Origin: Candidatus Enterousia sp.
GTDB taxonomy: Bacteria; Pseudomonadota; Alphaproteobacteria; Rs-D84
Assembly: GCA_045634405.1 (NCBI GenBank)
Contig: JAZRAD010000049.1
Span: 1-35,289 of the forward strand
Reading direction: 5' to 3'
Length of the DNA: 35,289 nucleotides
Below the pieces are notes generated by a model. The model made no database searches. It saw only the letters and a program-made list of their open reading frames with translations, and was not told where the DNA came from. Of the stretch, positions 26,911-34,523 are shown one piece after another. The first letter of the stretch is position 1, and every line of letters begins with the position of its first letter. A program made the position numbers and the translations under genes.

Positions 26911-28188
26911 CTAACTAGATTTTTTTACGTTTTTATTATTAGATTGTTGCCAACGTTCAAAAACAGTTTGAGCAGCAAAACTCTTTAAAAATTTTTCTGG
27001 GTTTTCACACATTTCTCTTTCTATCTCTCTTTCTGCCCCTTCTTTATATCTAGTAGCCAGAGATTTGTTGCCCATTTTTTCCTGTCCCATAAAAGTATGG
27101 TTTATTATTTTTCTGTCCTTTATCCAGTTCATATATTTTGCAATTTTTGCCAGATGACTAGCAGTAAATTTCATGTCTCCATATTTTGCAACAATAATGG
27201 GTTTTATTTTTGCTACCATATCCGTTGGTAAGATATTTTGTGGGGTAGCAACCATTACGACTTTATCTTTTTTGGCCAATTGTTCAGCAATAACAGGATC
27301 ACTTATGAAAATAGCTGTCTGTCTAAAATCTTCGTCCGCAATATTTTTATACGGAACTATGCGAACTTTCAGTTTAAAAAATGGACTCTCCTGAACAGAT
27401 GCAGGCAGTTTACCATAAAAATCCTTATGAAAATCATCTAGTTCTTGACTTATAATGGGTTTAGAAAAATCTTGAGAGAATTGTATTGCGGACGTTAGTA
27501 AAGTTTGTAAAGAAGAATCTAAGCCAAATTCAGTTTTTAGTATATGTTCATAACAATACAGCCAAGCTTGACAATGACCATATGTATAGTCGTCAATATT
27601 ATTTAATTGATGTTCTATTAAATCTCGTGCTTCCTTAAAATAAAGAATTAAAGCAGCAAAGGCTTCTAAAAACCTTTTGTCATACTTTTTGGTTACATCT
27701 TGATCGCTACGAAAAATCTGAAAACACTTAGAATAGTCGAACAAGTATATTTTGTCTGCATTTTTTTCTGTATAATTCCAACCATTTTTTTCAAAAATCG
27801 CATGAAACAATGATGTAAAACCAATAGTCATTAAAACAATAAAACTTTCCGTCTTAAAGGTAGTTAAGGGATTGTTGTAATGTTGTACAGCAGACAATAT
27901 AGCATTTTTAGATTTTTCTAAAAGCTTTTCACATAGATAAGAGTTTTGTGATTTCAAACGAGTCTGAGAGAAAGATTTTTTAAATTGTTCTAACGATACT
28001 AAACTTCCAAAGTTATCTATTGGTTTATAATATTTGCCATTTCGACGAACAACATCACCTACTTTCCACAAACTTTTTTCCGTCGTTTTTACAGTCCACC
28101 CAGAGGCTTCTGATAACTGAGATAAGGTAAAGCTTGTGTGGCTTTTTATAAATTTATAAGCATTCTCAATTTTAGTAGTTTGTCCCAT
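26911..28188 (-). CDS. 425-aa protein: N-terminal wHTH-like region + DUF3644-like core, fourth gene of the R-M operon
   Basis: LLEKSKNAILSAVQHYNNPLTTFKTESFIVLMTIGFTSLFHAIF resembles, from memory, the DUF3644 signature (A..A.E.YNkP...fr.E.F.iL...aWE.LLKA). 9-nt gap from the upstream gene. No nuclease or NTPase motif recognised. Confidence 0.65.
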   Translation of the reverse strand: MGQTTKIENAYKFIKSHTSFTLSQLSEASGWTVKTTEKSLWKVGDVVRRNGKYYKPIDNFGSLVSLEQFKKSFSQTRLKSQNSYLCEKLLEKSKNAILSAVQHYNNPLTTFKTESFIVLMTIGFTSLFHAIFEKNGWNYTEKNADKIYLFDYSKCFQIFRSDQDVTKKYDKRFLEAFAALILYFKEARDLIEHQLNNIDDYTYGHCQAWLYCYEHILKTEFGLDSSLQTLLTSAIQFSQDFSKPIISQELDDFHKDFYGKLPASVQESPFFKLKVRIVPYKNIADEDFRQTAIFISDPVIAEQLAKKDKVVMVATPQNILPTDMVAKIKPIIVAKYGDMKFTASHLAKIAKYMNWIKDRKIINHTFMGQEKMGNKSLATRYKEGAEREIEREMCENPEKFLKSFAAQTVFERWQQSNNKNVKKSS

Positions 28189-28197
28189 GATTTACTC

Positions 28198-28740
28198 TTA
28201 ATTACTTTTTGGTACCGGCAAGCCAAATTTCTGCAGTGGAATGTATTCAAAGTAATATGAACAACCTACAGATACGATATAATCCAGCACATCTTGATAA
28301 CAAGCCTGTTTGAACCAATCACTCAGCAGATAAATATATTCTATTTCCATATTCAATTGTGCCAACAGTTTTTTATATTGTTTCTTCTTAAAATCACATG
28401 TTTGCAATTTCTCGTCCACGGATCCAGCAACACGTTGAAATTTACATTCAATTACAAAAAATGTGTTGTTTATGACAACATAAATAGAATCGTCTGGTAG
28501 CAACTTTTTTGACAATATAGATTTCCAATCTATGCCACGATATTCTAAAAACTTATACAATGCATTTTTCTTGAAAATTGATGCAACTTCTTCGCCTTTG
28601 TACAAGACAGAAACCCAGCCACGTTTGTCATCAGCACAATCATACCCTGGTTGATTGCACAGGAATGTACGCAGATCTGTCTTGCCCTCAAAAACTAATC
28701 CTGTTTTAGTGTTTGCACCACCAATACCATTTGCTTTCAT
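28198..28740 (-). CDS. small PD-(D/E)XK-type nuclease candidate (putative restriction endonuclease)
   Basis: LLPDDSIYVVINNTFFVIECKFQ gives D-x14-E-x-K in the beta-strand context typical of PD-(D/E)XK. 3-nt gap after the MTase gene. The 180 aa do not resemble R.DpnII as I recall it. Confidence 0.6.
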   Translation of the reverse strand: MKANGIGGANTKTGLVFEGKTDLRTFLCNQPGYDCADDKRGWVSVLYKGEEVASIFKKNALYKFLEYRGIDWKSILSKKLLPDDSIYVVINNTFFVIECKFQRVAGSVDEKLQTCDFKKKQYKKLLAQLNMEIEYIYLLSDWFKQACYQDVLDYIVSVGCSYYFEYIPLQKFGLPVPKSN

Positions 28741-28743
28741 TTT

Positions 28744-29523
28744 TTAATCCTTCTTTTCAGATGCATCATATAATCTTTTTTCAGCCAATTCAACAAATTG
28801 TGATTCCATGTCTATGCCGACAAAGCGGCGACCATGTTTCAGTGCGGCGACACCGGTTGTACCACTGCCCATAAACGGGTCCAGAATCAAATCACCAGGA
28901 TTAGTTGATGCCAAGACTATGCGCTCTAATAATTCCAATGGCTTTTGTGTTGGGTGTTTCCCGTGTATCTTTTCAGCCTTGGTCGGTGTGCCAATTGCCC
29001 AAACACTACGCATCTGACAGCCCGGCTTTTTAATAAAATCTTTTGGGAAATCACCGTTCTTCATCGCTTCATAGTTGAAAGTATGCTTAGATTTTTTGTT
29101 CTTTCTGGCCCACAGCAATGTTTCATGACTGGCTGTAAAATAGCGACAAGACATATTCGGGCTGGCATTTGGCTTAAACCAAGTAATGTCGTTCAAGATA
29201 TGAAAGCCCAACAACTGCATCGCATAGCCGCATGAATAAATGCTGTGATATGTACCACTGACCCACAATGTTCCATTTGGCTTTAATACACGATGACAGG
29301 CACACAGCCACTTTTTATGAAACTCAAAATCTTCACTAAGGCCATGCGATTTATCCCAATCGCCTTTGTTCACAGAAACAACACAACCATTCTGGCAGGT
29401 GATACCACCATTAGACAACATGTATGGAGGGTCCGCAAAAATCATGTCAAAAGTGTTTTCGGGGATTTCAGCTAACTTTTTCAGGCAATCTTCACAATAA
29501 AGTCGATACTGTTTCTTATTCAT
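28744..29523 (-). CDS. beta-class N6A/N4C DNA methyltransferase, DpnA (M2.DpnII)-like
   Basis: Motif IV first (DMIFADPPYMLSNGG), then VSVNKGDWDK, KHPTQKP and motif I DPFMGSGTTGVAA. The order and strings match the DpnA / M.MboII-type beta class. Confidence 0.9.
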   Translation of the reverse strand: MNKKQYRLYCEDCLKKLAEIPENTFDMIFADPPYMLSNGGITCQNGCVVSVNKGDWDKSHGLSEDFEFHKKWLCACHRVLKPNGTLWVSGTYHSIYSCGYAMQLLGFHILNDITWFKPNASPNMSCRYFTASHETLLWARKNKKSKHTFNYEAMKNGDFPKDFIKKPGCQMRSVWAIGTPTKAEKIHGKHPTQKPLELLERIVLASTNPGDLILDPFMGSGTTGVAALKHGRRFVGIDMESQFVELAEKRLYDASEKKD

Positions 29524-30499
29524 AATTTGTAATCAAAAGTTCCCGAATTGCATCACGACCGTCCGCCTTGGAGTTTATCAGTCGCTTGGCCATAATGCGA
29601 TTTATCTTATAATCTTGGTACAGGTCGTCAAAGAATGGGTCATCAACATAGTTCGTTGGGTCGGAATTACTTAACATCTGCAAAGCCCCCATTTGATGAC
29701 AGATATCAAAAACGTTCTTTAATCTGATTTGTTCATTGTCATCAAAGTCACCAACCGCATACGAATTAAATGACGAAGTTTCACGAATTGGGCGGTATGG
29801 AGGGTCGTAGTATATAAATGTGTCATCCGTCACATACTTTGATGTATCGCCAAAGTCGCCCTGAATAATGGTTGCAATCTGCAAAGCATCAGACACATTA
29901 CGCAGGTTTTCTTCATCCAATATGCGTGGGTTTGTATATTTGCCCATTGGAACATTGAACTTGTTCTTGCTGTTCACACGGAACAGGCCATTAAAGCAAG
30001 TCCGATTCAAGAATATCGTCAAAGCCGCACGGCGAACAAAACCGGTACGATAGACATTTGCATCGATATCTTTGTCGAATTCATTATATTCATCACGACG
30101 TGCGTAATAGTATTCTTTTTGATTCTCGGTCAACCGATATTCAGTCTGCAATTTGGTCAGTTCGACAATCAATTCTTCAACATTATGCTTGATAACATTG
30201 TACAGAATAACCAATTCAGGATTGATATCGAACAAATATGCTTCTTGGATTGGGTATTTATTATAGATATCAAAGAATACGGCACCGCCACCAACAAACG
30301 GTTCAACATAGCGTTTGACGCCACCCATTTTCAGTTTTAATGGCAATTTAGGTTCGATTTGATCCAATAACTGACCCTTGCCACCAGCCCATTTCAAGAC
30401 AGGTTTGCAATCAACATAATCCGGCAATCTGGCAGGTATTGCAATCACGTATTCCTTTCCTTTAACTTGATAATAGAAAATATTACCAGATTGATCCAC
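29516..30499 (-). CDS. Dam-family (alpha-class, D12) N6-adenine DNA methyltransferase, DpnM-like
   Basis: LKWAGGKGQLL, EPFVGGGAVFF (motif I), FNGLFRVNSKNKFNVP, YYDPPY (motif IV). 8-nt overlap with the next gene. The start is non-ATG (GTG at 30499; alternative GTG 17 codons downstream after a GGAAAGGAA SD). Confidence 0.9.
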   Translation of the reverse strand: MDQSGNIFYYQVKGKEYVIAIPARLPDYVDCKPVLKWAGGKGQLLDQIEPKLPLKLKMGGVKRYVEPFVGGGAVFFDIYNKYPIQEAYLFDINPELVILYNVIKHNVEELIVELTKLQTEYRLTENQKEYYYARRDEYNEFDKDIDANVYRTGFVRRAALTIFLNRTCFNGLFRVNSKNKFNVPMGKYTNPRILDEENLRNVSDALQIATIIQGDFGDTSKYVTDDTFIYYDPPYRPIRETSSFNSYAVGDFDDNEQIRLKNVFDICHQMGALQMLSNSDPTNYVDDPFFDDLYQDYKINRIMAKRLINSKADGRDAIRELLITNYE

Positions 30500-30619
30500 A
30501 CAAATTATTTACTTTCTAGAAAAATCATACCTCTCATCATTAACATCCCTGATACTTCATAGTTCAAGAAAATAAAAACTATAAAGTATCAAGTAAAAAA
30601 CACCCTAAAATTACCAAAA

Positions 30620-30644
30620 TTCCTGTGTAAAAAATATGTAAAAC
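30620..30644 (+). repeat. right copy of TTCCTGTGTAAAA fused to ATGTAAAAAATATGTAAAA-like motif, copy 3
   Basis: ttcctgtgtaaaaaatatgtaaaac. Confidence 0.9.
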
Positions 30645-30744
30645 TGAAACTATATACGGACCAGCTTAAACCAGCCTGTATGCAGTGATATGCACAAATG
30701 TTAAACGGCCATTTTTGCCCGTGATTCAATCTGTATCATGCGAA

Positions 30745-30760
30745 AAACTGGGATTTTTTG
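30745..30760 (+). repeat. right copy of the AAAC(C/T)GGGATTTTTT half-repeat
   Basis: aaactgggattttttg versus aaaccgggattttttc at 26767-26782. Confidence 0.75.
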
Positions 30761-30775
30761 TTGTGTAGCATATGT

Positions 30776-30816
30776 GGAGTCAGAGTCCGGAGTTCTACCG
30801 TTAAACTATGCCCCAA
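30776..30816 (-). pseudogene. tRNA-Gln 5' fragment (positions 1-40, with 1 upstream nt)
   Basis: 41 nt identical to 26469-26509. Identity stops inside the 3' strand of the anticodon stem. There is no T arm or acceptor 3' strand. Confidence 0.9.
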
Positions 30817-30826
30817 TGCGTCGCAG

Positions 30827-30855
30827 ATTATAAGGCTTTTATTTTATCAATGCAA
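30827..30855 (-). promoter_or_regulatory. second copy of the tRNA-Gln promoter (copy B), now facing the R-M operon
   Basis: Minus-sense TTGCAT (30855-30850), 17-nt spacer, TATAAT (30832-30827). Same geometry as copy A. Confidence 0.65.
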
Positions 30856-30865
30856 GCACAAAGTT

Positions 30866-32332
30866 TTACATATCTTTTTGACAGTCGCATTTTGCCCATG
30901 ATTTGTATGATTGATATTCTATTTCTTTGAAACGAAATTCTGTAAAACCAATCAACTCTGCAATCAAACTCTCTTTTTCCGAATGCGTGAATTTGCGTGG
31001 CTTATGTTTTGCCCTAAATTCAGAACGCATGGCACGCAATTGCGCAACTTGATTCGCATTTGGCATCGAATGTGCCAATAATTTCTTATCAGTACGCACA
31101 ATACTGTTCTGACGCAGGTTTATATACGACATATCGCCCGGCCCTTCGGTGTAATTTTTGTATTTAAATCCAACAAGACCCATTTTTTCAAAGAACAATA
31201 TCATTCTTTGAAAGAACAGATTTTCATGCGTATAAACATCAAACAATGTTTCTTGTTTTAATTCTGCCTGCATTGCGTCCGATGATATGTTGCCTACAAT
31301 TGGTTCACACACCCAATCAAATTCCCACGGCACATCAATATCGGAATCCAATACACGCTGACGCGCAGATACGATTTGTTTTTCAAATTCTGCCTTGTCT
31401 TCAATATTCAAGACGCGATTAAAATCTGCGATTTTATCAGCACACATATACTGAAATAAAATGCCCATATAGTTTTGCACACTGTGGTCATTTAAATCTG
31501 GAATTTCTGCCCAGCGACCAGAAGATAAATTCACAGGTATAATTATCGGCTTGGTAATATCAATATTTGGGTCGCGTTTCCATTTGCCCTCGTTCAAATT
31601 CGCCTGTGCATTTATCAGTTTTCCGAAATGCGTCAGCGGACGAAAATAATCAAATTCATAATATGTTCCATGATATGCAACCAATGGATTACCATCTGCC
31701 CCCATCAATACAGGCGACAACCAATCTGGGATTTCCGGCATTGAAAAAGATTTCCCATCATGTTCTAACTTGAAAAAACCTGCATTTGGCATACCGGCAC
31801 GTGTCCAACGCGCAGGCGTCAATTTCTGAATTATAACCTTGGCCACACCAGTATGAGTTGCAATACCAATTGTTTTTGCATCTGTATTTTTCACAATTTT
31901 ATTCAACGTATCCAAGACACGTTTCACAAACTGTGTATGACTTTCGCCGTTTGGCGGCATATAGTCATCTTGGACAACCAAATCAAAGGGTATATATACA
32001 ACATCACCTTTTTGTTTGATTGGTGTATCTGCTGAATCTTCTGTCAAGCGGCAGATATTACCACAAAAATCCCCAAAATTATGTTCACGCAAACCATCAT
32101 CTGTTATAATTTCTGTATCATTATTTCCCACCACGACACGTGCAGTATCCAGCGCACGCGATGAAGACGACGAATAAACACAATCAAACTTAACATCATT
32201 TAATTTTTTCGCCAAAGCATGCGCCTGGGCAACCCCATTTTCATTTAATGGAATATCCAGCCAGCCCTGCATACGCTTTTCCACGTTATAGTTTGTTTCA
32301 CCATGCCTGAAAATATATAATGTCTTTTTCAT
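30866..32332 (-). CDS. histidine phosphatase (PGM/cofactor-dependent mutase superfamily) fused to a ~290-aa C-terminal domain of unknown function
   Basis: N-terminal LYIFRHGETNYN (RHG motif), SSSRALDTA, and a second His region ATHTGV. The C-terminal half (from about residue 195) has no motif I can name. Confidence 0.8.
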   Translation of the reverse strand: MKKTLYIFRHGETNYNVEKRMQGWLDIPLNENGVAQAHALAKKLNDVKFDCVYSSSSSRALDTARVVVGNNDTEIITDDGLREHNFGDFCGNICRLTEDSADTPIKQKGDVVYIPFDLVVQDDYMPPNGESHTQFVKRVLDTLNKIVKNTDAKTIGIATHTGVAKVIIQKLTPARWTRAGMPNAGFFKLEHDGKSFSMPEIPDWLSPVLMGADGNPLVAYHGTYYEFDYFRPLTHFGKLINAQANLNEGKWKRDPNIDITKPIIIPVNLSSGRWAEIPDLNDHSVQNYMGILFQYMCADKIADFNRVLNIEDKAEFEKQIVSARQRVLDSDIDVPWEFDWVCEPIVGNISSDAMQAELKQETLFDVYTHENLFFQRMILFFEKMGLVGFKYKNYTEGPGDMSYINLRQNSIVRTDKKLLAHSMPNANQVAQLRAMRSEFRAKHKPRKFTHSEKESLIAELIGFTEFRFKEIEYQSYKSWAKCDCQKDM

Positions 32333-32414
32333 ATATAACCTATTTTACCCGATGCAAGAATGTTATCATATAAAAAATAAACCAACACTAAAAAAATATG
32401 ATATAATACCACTT

Positions 32415-32951
32415 ATGAGAACATCAATCGAAACAATCAATAAATTTCATCATGCACGAACACAGGCACATATTGATTGCTTGAATTATCATGCATCTTT
32501 GCTGGGCTATCATTTTCCAGAACATGATAATGATAAACACTCTGGTCCAATGATGATTGCTTATTCTTATAAAAACTATAACAGCTATCATCCTGAATAT
32601 CATATTCCGGAAACAAACAAAGAATTATTTAGAAAAATGAATGCCGAACACCATGCAGCGCAAATACACCATCTGGAACACTATAGCGATGTTTCAGAAA
32701 TCAGCGACATTACATTGATTGAAATGGTATGCGATTGGTTCAGCGCAAATTTTGAACAAAGATACCTGACCCACGAAGACCCTAATGATTTATCTGTACG
32801 AAAATGGTTTGATACACAATTGCGTCACAATCCAAAATACAAATGGTCACAAAAACAGATTGATTTAATCTGTTCAACTATTGAATTTCTTGAAATGTAT
32901 GCCAATCATGACGAAGTTATGAAAATATGGCAACCTTTATTGTCAATGTAA
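32415..32951 (+). CDS. His-rich putative metal-binding protein (possibly DUF5662 / HD-like)
   Basis: HHARTQAH, EHDNDKHSGP, AEHHAAQIHHLEH, EMVCDWFSA. The start is ambiguous: ATG at 32415 lies 7 nt after a GATATAAT box (possible leaderless mRNA), or ATG at 32352 with no SD. Confidence 0.6.
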   Translation: MRTSIETINKFHHARTQAHIDCLNYHASLLGYHFPEHDNDKHSGPMMIAYSYKNYNSYHPEYHIPETNKELFRKMNAEHHAAQIHHLEHYSDVSEISDITLIEMVCDWFSANFEQRYLTHEDPNDLSVRKWFDTQLRHNPKYKWSQKQIDLICSTIEFLEMYANHDEVMKIWQPLLSM

Positions 32952-33018
32952 ACAGCAAAGGTTCCTAGTGCAAAATTCCCCGATATATAAATAATTTTAT
33001 CAAAGGGGGAAACGCACC

Positions 33019-34098
33019 ATGAATAAAATATTTTTTACCACAACATTATCGGTCTGTATTGCACTGTGCCAATCTGCCAGCGCATGCACAGGAATCACAT
33101 TAAAATCCAAAGACAACGCAACTGTTGTTGCACGAACAGTTGATTGGTCAGGTTCAGAAATGAATAATCTGTACACAATTGTTCCACGCGGACACAATCA
33201 GCAATCATTACTACCCGACGGCACAATGGATGGTCTGAACTTTATATCGCTATACGGATACGCAGGAATCGCCGTTGAACAACCAGAATTTGTTGTTGAT
33301 GGCACAAACGAAGCAGGCCTGTCTGCCGCCCTGTTCTATTTTCCGAACTATGGCGAATATGTCGAATACAACGAAAAAAGCAAAGACATATCACTGGCTG
33401 ATTTCCAGGTTGTATCATGGATTCTGTCACGATTTGCCACCATTGACCAAGTCAAAGCCGCAATCAACGATGTTCGCATTATAAACATTGATCCAACTGC
33501 ATCAACTGTGCATTGGCGAATAACAGAACCAAACGGCCGCCAAGTCGTATTGGAAATTGTTGATGGCAAACCAAACTTTTATGAAAACGAAATCGGGGTT
33601 TTAACCAACTCACCTGGATTCCCATGGCACATGACAAATCTGAACAACTATGTAAACCTGCATCCAGGAACTGCCGGCCCAACAAAATTTGGTCCAATAA
33701 CACTGCGCGCGTTTGGTTCGGGTTCTGGTATGCGTGGATTACCAGGCGACTTTACACCACCATCACGTTTTGTTCGTGTTGCGTTTTTGAAAACATTTGC
33801 ACTGGAACAAGAGTCAGGCGAAAAATCTGTTGAGCAAGCATTTCATATCTTGAACAATGTTGATATTCCATCTGGTGTTCAGTTCGCAGTCGGAAAATCC
33901 CCAACAGATATGCCAGCTGCAACACAATGGACAGTTGCCACAGACCTGAAAAACATGCGAATATATTATCACACAATGTACAACCGAACAATTCGCAGTA
34001 TTGATATGAGTAAAATAGACTTTGCGACAGTTCCGTTCCAATATCATCCACTGGACACAGAAAAACAGCAAACTATATTTTCTGTAAAAATTGACTAA
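33019..34098 (+). CDS. choloylglycine hydrolase family Ntn-hydrolase (bile salt hydrolase / penicillin V acylase-like), secreted
   Basis: Signal peptide ends ...CQSASA, immediately followed by the nucleophile Cys in CTGITLKSKD. VVARTVDW and TNEAGLS are family motifs. AAGGGGGAAA SD. Confidence 0.85.
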   Translation: MNKIFFTTTLSVCIALCQSASACTGITLKSKDNATVVARTVDWSGSEMNNLYTIVPRGHNQQSLLPDGTMDGLNFISLYGYAGIAVEQPEFVVDGTNEAGLSAALFYFPNYGEYVEYNEKSKDISLADFQVVSWILSRFATIDQVKAAINDVRIINIDPTASTVHWRITEPNGRQVVLEIVDGKPNFYENEIGVLTNSPGFPWHMTNLNNYVNLHPGTAGPTKFGPITLRAFGSGSGMRGLPGDFTPPSRFVRVAFLKTFALEQESGEKSVEQAFHILNNVDIPSGVQFAVGKSPTDMPAATQWTVATDLKNMRIYYHTMYNRTIRSIDMSKIDFATVPFQYHPLDTEKQQTIFSVKID

Positions 34099-34143
34099 TT
34101 AAATACAGCATGCTATATTCCCTGAAAACAAAAGGAATATAGC

Positions 34144-34521
34144 ATGTATGAATATGGTCCACATTGTAACGGATGTAATCAAAATTGCGACATTTATGCA
34201 CTATCATTTGGTTGCGTTGTTATTGGCGAAACACGGGTACATTGTTCTGCACATGACAACACAGAAGACTTTGGATTAAACCTGTGTAAATTATGTGTAC
34301 ACTATGACACAAAAACACCCGGCAAAAAAACATTTGAATTAAAACCAGACATTCGTTGTAACGGCTGCGCGGAGAACTGCAAAATTACATGTGACCCAAC
34401 AAAACAATTTTGGGTCAAGATTGGCGATATGCATACCCCAGGTGCACATGTCAGCGAACACGCCGCAATGCTGCACGGATTAAATGTATGCAGAAGATGC
34501 AAAAAAAATAAAACAAAATAA
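34144..34521 (+). CDS. small cytoplasmic Cys/His-rich protein with an internal duplication (putative double zinc-binding module)
   Basis: CNGCNQNC...H..H...GLNLCKLC and CNGCAENC...H..H...GLNVCRRC are two copies of one ~55-aa module. AAGGAA SD. Terminator follows. Confidence 0.7.
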   Translation: MYEYGPHCNGCNQNCDIYALSFGCVVIGETRVHCSAHDNTEDFGLNLCKLCVHYDTKTPGKKTFELKPDIRCNGCAENCKITCDPTKQFWVKIGDMHTPGAHVSEHAAMLHGLNVCRRCKKNKTK

Positions 34522-34523
34522 AA

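Larger units (their letters stand above)
26509..30775. mobile_element. restriction-modification islet inserted at tRNA-Gln (no integrase or transposase visible)
   Basis: Bounded by imperfect ~90-bp direct repeats (26469-26557 and 30776-30865). Carries a 4-gene R-M-type operon. Looks even more AT-rich than the flanks by eye. Has internal short repeats at both ends. Confidence 0.55.

Noticed and set aside
28198-28740. Calling the 180-aa protein R.DpnII/R.MboI (GATC endonuclease)
   Set aside because: Its length and sequence do not match what I recall of those enzymes (about 280-290 aa). Only a generic PD-(D/E)XK motif is supportable. The recognition sequence of the system (GATC is likely for a Dam/DpnA pair) remains unproven.
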